Shown here piece after piece: positions 20,193-27,761 of a DNA stretch of 64,000 nucleotides. Position 1 is the stretch's first letter, and each line of letters begins with the position of its first letter. Under the pieces are notes generated by a model. The model had not been told where the DNA came from and did no database searches. It saw nothing but the letters and a program-made list of their open reading frames with translations. The stretch is taken from assembly GCA_963737655.1 (NCBI GenBank), contig CAVTTN010000002.1, forward strand, positions 4,000,001 through 4,064,000. The letters run 5' to 3'. The position numbers and the translations under genes are program-made. The stretch is from an uncultured Planctomycetota bacterium (GTDB taxonomy: Bacteria > Planctomycetota > Planctomycetia > Isosphaerales > Isosphaeraceae).

Positions 20193-20626
20193 GGCGTGGA
20201 AAAGGGGACGGGCGTGGAAAAGGGGACGGGCGTGGAAAAGGGGACGGAGAGAATTATGCTTTGGAAAGTTGAATGTGGACTTGCCTGATGTCCCCTCTTC
20301 CCGCATCTTGAGGGACGACAGGCCGAGAATTTACTCCGTCCCCTTTTCCTGTCCCCGACGCCTTCATCGAGCGCGTGGAAAAGGGGACGGAGAGAATTAT
20401 GCTTTGGAAAGTTGAATGTGGACTTGCCTGATGTCCCCTTTTCTCGCCTCTTGAGGAACGACACGCCGAGAATTTACTCCGTCCCCTTTTCCTGCGTCCC
20501 CTTTTCCTGTCCTACGCTCTGGAAGGTTGAAAGTGGACTTGCCTGACATCCCGTTTTCCCGCCTCTTGAGGAACGACAGGCCGAGAATTTACTCCGTCCC
20601 CTTTTCCCTTCTCCGTCCCCTTTTCC
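20193..20626. repeat. Cluster of REP arms and REPIN-like units (full units 20234-20349 and 20377-20492; half unit 20513-20607)
   Basis: 16-bp inverted arms GGAAAAGGGGACGGAG / CTCCGTCCCCTTTTCC enclose a conserved 84-bp internal segment; 3 x 18-bp tandem left arms at 20193-20246. Confidence 0.88.
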
Positions 20627-20922
20627 CTTCTTTTGCCAAACGTCCAAAGAATATAAAGGCCAAGCCCATACCGTACGTTGGGCTATGGACAGTCTACCCT
20701 GATATCAATCCAGCTAATCATGTATGGGATACAAATTGGTGGTACAACAATGTTTTTAGACCTGCTCAAGGCCCATTCATCCCTCCACCCTATGTCCCCA
20801 GCCCCCACTACCCCCCGCCTCGACCACACTGGGATCGACTGCCACCTTTAGTTAATCCAACACTCACCACAAAGGCCGTCTCCATCGACGGCCCGAACGA
20901 AACACCGGATCCAGAGCGATGA
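20627..20922 (+). pseudogene. Low-GC orphan 3' gene fragment (Pro/Trp-rich), no start of its own
   Basis: Open frame ..KAKPIPYVGLWTVYPDINPANHVWDTNWWYNNVF..PDPER* begins right after a REP arm and overlaps the next ATG (ATGA). Confidence 0.4.
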
Positions 20923-21329
20923 ACTACGGCATCAGTTTAGGCACCCGTGGCGTCTTGGACATTATCTTTGCCATCATATGGTTCGGCATCGTGCTCACCG
21001 CTACCTTCACTCGGCGGCGTATGTCCGATGAGCAGAGGTGCCGCTGGATGCCACTGACGACCACCCTGTCCGGTGCCCTCTTCACGTTGTTCGCAACGTC
21101 CCTGACCCTCCTCGAATCCGGCGTCCCACAGTCATTGGCGACGGTCATCATCCTCGGCCCATCTATAGCATTATTTAGTTATATCTATATAATTAGAACT
21201 AAATGCTGCAATAAATGTTACGCGATGATGTACAGCAACCCTTGTACCACCCCCCCGCGCTTCTGTTATCGGTGCGGTGCCGAGTTTGACAACTCCAAGG
21301 CACAGAGGAACGATAGCCTTTTAGAATAG
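20919..21329 (+). CDS. Small membrane protein (3 TM) with C-terminal zinc ribbon
   Basis: Three hydrophobic stretches, then CCNKC..FCYRCG; low GC. Confidence 0.65.
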   Translation: MNYGISLGTRGVLDIIFAIIWFGIVLTATFTRRRMSDEQRCRWMPLTTTLSGALFTLFATSLTLLESGVPQSLATVIILGPSIALFSYIYIIRTKCCNKCYAMMYSNPCTTPPRFCYRCGAEFDNSKAQRNDSLLE

Positions 21330-21349
21330 AGGAGAAAAGGGGTAGTCTG

Positions 21350-21432
21350 GGATCTGTAGGAAACCAGGCCGCTGCGGCCAGGATCAGAACGTTGTGGGTG
21401 ATCGCCATGAGCCGCAGGTCGCGGCATTGAGC
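21350..21432 (-). mobile_element. Probable 3' remnant of a DDE IS transposase
   Basis: Minus-strand QCRDLRLMAITHNVLIL resembles the C-terminal ..HN helix of IS4/IS5-type transposases; bounded by AAAAGGGG motifs on both sides. Confidence 0.4.
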
Positions 21433-21439
21433 CCCGCCG

Positions 21440-21510
21440 GGCGGAAAAGGGGACGGGCGGAAAAGGGGACGGAGGAAATTATTGACGCCGAGATGCGCGG
21501 TTCGTAGACT
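21440..21510 (+). promoter_or_regulatory. Tandem left REP arms plus sigma70 promoter of the intact RAYT
   Basis: (GGCGGAAAAGGGGACG)x2, then TTGACG(21482)-17 bp-TAGACT(21505), 6 bp before ATG 21517. Confidence 0.7.
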
Positions 21511-21516
21511 CCCGGT

Positions 21517-22251
21517 ATGCCACGCACCGCTCGCGCCTCCGTCGCCGGACTCCCCTACCACGCCCTCAACCGCGGCAACCGCCGCGCATCCGTCTTCCAC
21601 AAGCCCGCCGACTACGACGCCTTCGTCGAGGCCATCGCCGACTCCTGCCGCCGTTTGCCGATGGACCTCCTCGGCTACTGCCTCATGCCCAACCACTTCC
21701 ATCTCGTCCTCCGGCCCCACGAAGACGGCGACCTCGGCCGGTGGATGCGTCGGCTCCTGACCACCCACGCCCTCCGCTATCACCGACACTACGGCACCAC
21801 CGGCCACGTCTGGCAGGGCCGCTACAAGGCCTTCCCCGTCCAGGACGACGACCACCTCGCCGCCGTCCTCCGCTACGTCGTGCGCAACCCCCTGAGGGCC
21901 GAGCTCGTCGCGCGGGCCGAGCACTGGAAGTGGTCGAGCCTGCCCGGATGGCTCGCCGGGGACGCCCTCCTCGGACGCGGCGAGCCCGACCCGCGGGGGC
22001 CGGGTTGGGTCGAGCGGGTCAACGAGCCGCTGTCGGCCGGCGACCTCCGGCGGCTCCGCCTGTCGGTGGAGCGCGAGCGGCCCTTCGGCTCCGACGAGTG
22101 GACCCTCCGCACCGCCGAGCGGCTCGGCCTGGGATCGACTCTCCGGGGCCGGGGGCGGCCGAGGAAGGCACCGCCCCGGGATTCCCCCTCCGCGACTGGC
22201 GCCGACCGCCGCGACGAATCCCCCACCGGGCGAGACCCCGGCCCGCCCTGA
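21517..22251 (+). mobile_element. rayT: REP-associated tyrosine transposase (RAYT; Y1/HUH, IS200-related)
   Basis: MPRTAR..YHALNRGNRR, YCLMPNHFHLV (HUH), GHVWQGRYK, LRYVVRNP (catalytic Tyr), WKWSS, RGRPRK. Confidence 0.92.
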
Positions 22252-22453
22252 CCGACCCTCTGGAACACCGCATTTCACCGGCCCCGATCGACCGACGGGC
22301 CGCCAATCGAGCCATTACCGCCGGACCATCCATCCCCTCTCGACCCGGCCGCGAATTTCGAGGCGCTCTGATCGGTCCATGCCGATCGGGGGCCGGTCCC
22401 TCGCGTGTCGATCGATCCTGCGGGTCGGTCGGATCGGCCCGAGGATTCCCTCC

Positions 22454-22549
22454 CCGGGGGGTTGCTTCCGCCGACCCATACACTATCCTAAACTCTCCTC
22501 AGGGTCCGGGACGTAGCCGGTCTTCCGTCCCTTCGCGCTCAACGACGAG
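22454..22549 (+). repeat. Right copy of the ~95-bp direct repeat; clpV leader/promoter region
   Basis: Matches 18452-18546; contains TTGCTT-16 bp-TATCCT and runs into the GAGGA RBS of clpV. Confidence 0.85.
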
Positions 22550-22558
22550 GATACACTC

Positions 22559-25228
22559 ATGGGCCTGGACTCCGGTTCGCTGATCAAGAAGCTGAACAAA
22601 ACTTGCCTCGATGCCCTCCAGTCGGCGGCGGGACTTTGCCTGTCCCGGACCAATAGCACCGTCGAGGTTGAGCACTGGCTGTTCAAGCTCAACGAGGCGA
22701 CCGATAGCGACCTGACCCGGCTCTATCGCCAGTTCGAGGTCGATCCGTCCCGGCTCCAGCGCGAGCTCAGCAAGGCGATCGACGCCTTCAAGACCGGCAA
22801 CTCGCGGACTCCTTCGCTGTCCGGCCAGATCCTGGACCTCGTGCGCGAGTCCTGGGTGCTCGCGTCGGTCCAGTACGGGGCGACGAAGATCCGGTCCGGC
22901 GTCTTGTTGCTGGCCCTCCTGAGCGACGAGAAGCTCGGCCGCCTGGCCCGCGAGGCGTCGAAGGAGCTGGGCAAGATCCAGACCGAGAGCCTCTTCCCGT
23001 CGCTCTTGAAGATCGTCGGCGGGTCGGTCGAGGACGAGGCGGAAGCAACCTCGGGACCGGCGTCGGCCGGTCAAGCGCCTGGGACCAGCCCGAATAGCAA
23101 GACTCCGGCCCTCGACCAGTTCACCGAGAACCTCACGGCCAAGGCCAAGGCCGGCAAGATCGACCCGGTCCTCGGCCGGGACCCCGAAATCCGCCAGATG
23201 GTGGACATCCTGATCCGCCGCCGCCAGAACAACCCGATCCTCACCGGCGAGGCGGGCGTGGGCAAGACGGCGGTGGTCGAAGGGTTCGCCCTCCGGGTCG
23301 CCCAGGGAGACATCCCCGACGTCCTCAAGAACATCTCGATCCGCACCCTGGACCTCGCCTTGTTGCAGGCCGGCGCGGGCGTGAAAGGGGAGTTCGAGAA
23401 CCGCCTGAAGCAGGTGCTCGCCGAGGTGAAGTCCTCGCCCACGCCGATCGTCCTGTTCATCGACGAGGCCCACACGATGATCGGCGCCGGCGGCCAGGCC
23501 GGCCAGGGCGATGCCGCCAACCTCCTCAAGCCGGCCCTCGCCCGCGGCGAGCTCCGCACCATCGCCGCGACGACCTGGGCCGAATACAAGAAATATTTCG
23601 AGAAAGACGCCGCGCTCGCCCGCCGGTTCCAGGTCGTGAAGGTCGAGGAACCCGCCATCGCCCACGCCATCAACATGATGCGGGGGCTGACCGGGATGCT
23701 GGAGAAGCACCACGGCGTCCGCATCCTGGATGAGGCCGTCGAGGACTCGGTGAAGCTCTCCGCCCGGTACATCCCGGCCCGGCAACTGCCGGACAAATCC
23801 GTCAGCCTGCTGGACACCGCCTGCGCCCGGGTGGCCATCGGCCAGGCGGCCATCCCTCCGGCCGTCGAGGACTCGCGACGGAAGATCGACGCCCTCGGCG
23901 TCGAGATCGGCATCCTCGAACGCGAGAGCGTGACCGGCGGGGCCCACGAGGAACGGCTCTCCGACAAGAGGGCCGAGCTGGAAAAGACCAAAGCGACTCT
24001 CACCGACCTGGAGAAGCGCTGGGAGGCCGAGCGGACCCTGGTCAACGAGATCAAGGCCCTCCGCGACGCGATCGAGGGGCATCACGCCAAGGCCAACGGC
24101 GACGGCACCGGCGCCCCGGCCGACGCCTCGCACGACTTCGCGAAGCTCCGGGGCGACCTCGCCGCCAAGAACGCCGAGCTGCGGAAGCTCCAGGGCGAGA
24201 CCCCCCTGCTCCAGGTCTGCGTCGATTCCCAGACGATCGCCGAGGTCATCTCCGGCTGGACCGGAATCCCCGTCGGCAAGATGCTGACCGACGAGATCAA
24301 CACGGTCCTGAACCTCAAGGACAAGCTGGAAGCCCGGGTGATCGGCCAGCCCCACGCCCTCGAAGCTATCGCCCAGAGGATCCGGACGGCCCGGGCCAAC
24401 CTGACCGACCCGAGGCGGCCGATCGGCGTCTTCATGCTCGTCGGCCCCTCGGGCGTGGGCAAGACCGAGACCGCGATGGCCCTCGCCGACACCCTGTACG
24501 GCGGCGAGGACAACATGGTCACCATCAATATGTCCGAGTACAAGGACAGCTCCTCGATCTCCAACCTCAAGGGCTCGGCCAAGGGACTCGTCGGCTGGGG
24601 CGAGGGCGGCGTGTTGACCGAGGCCGTCCGCCGGAGGCCGTATTCCGTCGTCCTCCTGGACGAGTGCGAGAAGGCCCATTATGATGTGATGGAGCTGTTC
24701 TTCCAGGTCTTCGACAAGGGCACCCTGGAGGACACCGACGGCCGGGAGATCGACTTCAAGAACACGGTGATCCTGCTGACCTCCAACGTCGGCACCGACA
24801 CCTTCATGAAGCTCTGCGCCGACCCGGAGACGGCCCCCGAACCGCAAGCCCTGGTGGAGGCGCTCCGCCCCGACCTCCTCAAGTCGTTCAAGCCGGCCTT
24901 CCTCGGCCGTCTGATCGTGGTGCCGTACTATCCGATCTCCGACGAGATCATGAAGTCGATCATCAAGCTCCAGCTCGGCCGGATCGGCAAGCGGCTCCAG
25001 GAGAACCACAAGGCGAAGTTCTCGTACAGCGACGACCTGATCGGCAACATCGCCGCCCGGTGCACCGAGGCCGACAGCGGCGCGAGAAATGTCGATGCAA
25101 TCCTCACGCGGACCCTCCTCCCGGAGATTTCTCAGGAATTCCTGACCAAGATGGCGGCCGGCGAGCCGATCTCCAAGGTCCATGTCGGCATCGGCCCCGA
25201 GGGGAATTTCGCCTACGAGATCGCCTGA
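22559..25228 (+). CDS. clpV: T6SS AAA+ ATPase ClpV (TssH)
   Basis: RRRQNNPILTGEAGVGKT, LFIDEAHT, DAANLLKPALARG, second NBD GPSGVGKTE, GEGGVLTEAVRRRPYSVVLLDE. Confidence 0.96.
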   Translation: MGLDSGSLIKKLNKTCLDALQSAAGLCLSRTNSTVEVEHWLFKLNEATDSDLTRLYRQFEVDPSRLQRELSKAIDAFKTGNSRTPSLSGQILDLVRESWVLASVQYGATKIRSGVLLLALLSDEKLGRLAREASKELGKIQTESLFPSLLKIVGGSVEDEAEATSGPASAGQAPGTSPNSKTPALDQFTENLTAKAKAGKIDPVLGRDPEIRQMVDILIRRRQNNPILTGEAGVGKTAVVEGFALRVAQGDIPDVLKNISIRTLDLALLQAGAGVKGEFENRLKQVLAEVKSSPTPIVLFIDEAHTMIGAGGQAGQGDAANLLKPALARGELRTIAATTWAEYKKYFEKDAALARRFQVVKVEEPAIAHAINMMRGLTGMLEKHHGVRILDEAVEDSVKLSARYIPARQLPDKSVSLLDTACARVAIGQAAIPPAVEDSRRKIDALGVEIGILERESVTGGAHEERLSDKRAELEKTKATLTDLEKRWEAERTLVNEIKALRDAIEGHHAKANGDGTGAPADASHDFAKLRGDLAAKNAELRKLQGETPLLQVCVDSQTIAEVISGWTGIPVGKMLTDEINTVLNLKDKLEARVIGQPHALEAIAQRIRTARANLTDPRRPIGVFMLVGPSGVGKTETAMALADTLYGGEDNMVTINMSEYKDSSSISNLKGSAKGLVGWGEGGVLTEAVRRRPYSVVLLDECEKAHYDVMELFFQVFDKGTLEDTDGREIDFKNTVILLTSNVGTDTFMKLCADPETAPEPQALVEALRPDLLKSFKPAFLGRLIVVPYYPISDEIMKSIIKLQLGRIGKRLQENHKAKFSYSDDLIGNIAARCTEADSGARNVDAILTRTLLPEISQEFLTKMAAGEPISKVHVGIGPEGNFAYEIA

Positions 25229-25409
25229 TCGAAGCTCCCCGAGGCCGTGAGGCCCCGACGGACTGGGGACGGGCACCCCGAGTGCGAGGAGCCAGTCCCC
25301 GTCCCGTCAGGGCCTCCGAGCGTGCCGGCGACGTGAGACCCACCGCCCCTCCGATGGGGTTGTCCGCCCGGCCGCCCCGAGGCGCGGACGGCCCCGAGCC
25401 AGGTCCGCC

Positions 25410-26282
25410 ATGCCCGACCCCCTGAAGGTGCTGTCGATCCTCCGGCGGGCGACCTCCGCGTTTCGGTCCACTCCGGGCCGATCCGGCTCGGTCGTCCGGC
25501 TGGATTCGGCCGAGGAGGTGGTCGTCGTCGGCGACCTCCACGGCCATCTCCACGTCTTCGCCGACGTCCTCAAAGATGCCGCGCTCGATCGCCATCCGGG
25601 ACGTCATCTGGTCGTCCAGGAACTCGTCCACGACACCCGGACCGACCCCGATGGCGACGACGGCGACCTCTCCCACCGATTGATCGACGTCGTTTGCGCC
25701 CTGAAATGCCAGCATCCCGGGCGCGTCCATTATCTGCCGGGGAACCACGAGCTTTCCGAGCTCACCGGCCGGTCGATCGGCAAGAACGGCGTCCCGCTGA
25801 ACGCCCTGTTCCGCAAGGGCGTCCAGACGACGTATGGCGACCATGCCGAGGCCATCGTGGCGGCCTACGACGGCCTGTTCCGGTCGTTGCCGCTCGCCGC
25901 GAGGACACCCAACGGCGTGTTCCTCTGCCACACGATCCCGGATGCCCGCTATCTCGACGAATTCGACCCGACGATCCTCGACTCGGACGACTGGCCGGGG
26001 GAATCCCTGATGAGGGGCGGTTCGGTCTACGCCATGACCTGGGGCCGGGATACGACGATCGAGACGGCCGACCGCTTCGCACAAATCGTGGGCGCGGACC
26101 TCTTCGTCTGCGGCCACCAGCCGTGCGACGAGGGGGCCCGACGCGCCAACGATCGCGTCCTGATCCTCGACGGCACCGATCCGGCCCCGGCCTGGTGCCT
26201 GTTCCCGGCGAGGGGGCCGATCACCATCGACGACCTCGAGGCCGGCGTCCGCCCCCCTCGGCCGCTCTCGACGCCTACCTGA
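25410..26282 (+). CDS. Calcineurin-like metallophosphoesterase
   Basis: VGDLHGH, LPGNHE, FLCH, CGHQP motifs. Confidence 0.85.
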   Translation: MPDPLKVLSILRRATSAFRSTPGRSGSVVRLDSAEEVVVVGDLHGHLHVFADVLKDAALDRHPGRHLVVQELVHDTRTDPDGDDGDLSHRLIDVVCALKCQHPGRVHYLPGNHELSELTGRSIGKNGVPLNALFRKGVQTTYGDHAEAIVAAYDGLFRSLPLAARTPNGVFLCHTIPDARYLDEFDPTILDSDDWPGESLMRGGSVYAMTWGRDTTIETADRFAQIVGADLFVCGHQPCDEGARRANDRVLILDGTDPAPAWCLFPARGPITIDDLEAGVRPPRPLSTPT

Positions 26283-27635
26283 GGAAGAGCAGATTGACGG
26301 CCACGAACAGGGGGATCAGGATGGACCCGCTGAAGGCCATGTAGCCGAAAAACCCCGGCATCTTGACCCCTCGGGCCTCGGCGATCGACTTGACCATGAA
26401 GTTCGGGCCATTGCCGATATACGTATTCGCCCCCATGAAGACCGAGCCGAGCGAGACGGCCATCAGGAGATCCTGACGGACCAAACCGCCTTCCAGGAGG
26501 GCGACGGTGGCCGCCCCGGGCGATCCGACGAGCGAGCGGGCGGCCTCGAAGAAGACGACATAGGTGGGGGCGTTGTCCAGGACGCTCGAAAGCAGGCCGC
26601 TGGCCCAGAAGAAGTGGGACGGCGAGCTCAGGCCGAGCTCCGGCCCCCGGGCCGGAGGATCTCGATCGGCACCTGCATCGTCAGGAAGATCCCGAGGAAC
26701 AGGCAGGCGACCTCCAGGATCGCCGAATAGCTGAATTCGACCTCCTTGCGAAGCCCCCGCGGGGTCGTCGCCAGCGAGAGGCCGGTCAGGGCGAGCATCA
26801 CGGCCTCTCGGACGAACTCGCCGACGACGATCTCGGTGCCGGGAAGGGGCCGTTTCGGCACGATCAGGGCCACGGACAGGACCACTCCGAGCAGCCAGAG
26901 GAGATTGATCGCCCCGTGGAGCCTCAGGGGCGAACGGTGCCGGGTCTCCTTCGCGGGAAGGTCGGCCGGCTCACGACGGATCGCCCGGAGGTCCCACACG
27001 AAATAGACCGCCAGGAGGACCGTCAGGCAGAACAGCCACGGGAGCACGAGCCGGGTCGTCCACAGGAACGGCACGCCGCGGAGATAGCCCAGGAATAACG
27101 GCGGATCGCCCAGGGGGAGCAAGCATCCGCCGACGTTCGAGACCACGAAGATGAAGAAGATCACCGTATGGCGGACGTGGCGACGGTCGCGGTTGGTCTG
27201 CAACAAAGGGCGGATCAAGAGCATCGACGCGCCGGTCGTCCCGATCAGGCTGGCGAGTAAGCCGCCCGAAGCGAGGAACGCGGTATTGATGGCCGGCGAC
27301 GCGCCCAGGTCGCCCCGGAGCTGCAATCCCCCGGAGATCACGTAAAGGCTGAACAGAAGGACGATGAACGGGACGAATTCTTCCAGGATCGCCTCGCCCA
27401 CGACGGTCCGGATTGTCGCCAGGCCGGAGGCGGAGACGTGGCCGTCCTCCCCGGCGAGGCCGTAGCCCCGGAGGCCGTAATACGCGAGGACGACCAGGCC
27501 GAGCCCGAGGCCGACATAGAGTTTGTGGTGGTGATGCTCCCACCAGTGGGCCGCCCTCGGGATCTGCGGGAGGGTCGCGATCGCCAGCAGGAGCGCCGCG
27601 AACGGCAAGGCCCAGAGGGCGGAGGGGACGTTCAC
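26275..27635 (-). CDS. Putative Na+/H+ antiporter / ion-transporter superfamily protein, frameshifted near 26652
   Basis: IGTTGASMLLIRPLL, SNVGGCLLPLGDPPLFLG; continues in another frame as FFWASGLLSSVLDNAPTY and GANTYIGNGPNFMVKSIA. Confidence 0.8.
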
Positions 27636-27687
27636 GAGGGGCCTGCGCTTCCGTCGAGACGAGGAAAAAGCGTCGTTTGGGCCGGAT

Positions 27688-27743
27688 CAGAAACGACGCG
27701 CCCCCCGCCGGGGGCGAGGGGCGCGTCGAGGACGTCGTTTCTG
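27688..27743. terminator. Nested hairpin downstream of amtB
   Basis: CAGAAACGACG..CGTCGTTTCTG with inner GACGCGCCCC..GGGGCGCGTC. Confidence 0.4.
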
Positions 27744-27761
27744 GACGGGTTCCCGGGGCGT

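Noticed and set aside
18632..20607. Integron attC cassette array
   Set aside because: No tyrosine-recombinase integrase and no RYYYAAC/GTTRRRY ends seen; the linked enzyme is an HUH transposase.
20193..20626. CRISPR array
   Set aside because: Arms are inverted, the intervening sequences are near-identical rather than unique, and no cas genes are in the window.
22499..25276. 925-aa minus-strand ORF and similar long antisense ORFs (7598-10432, 31892-34105, 38945-41314)
   Set aside because: Shadows of well-supported genes on the opposite strand, with no family motifs.
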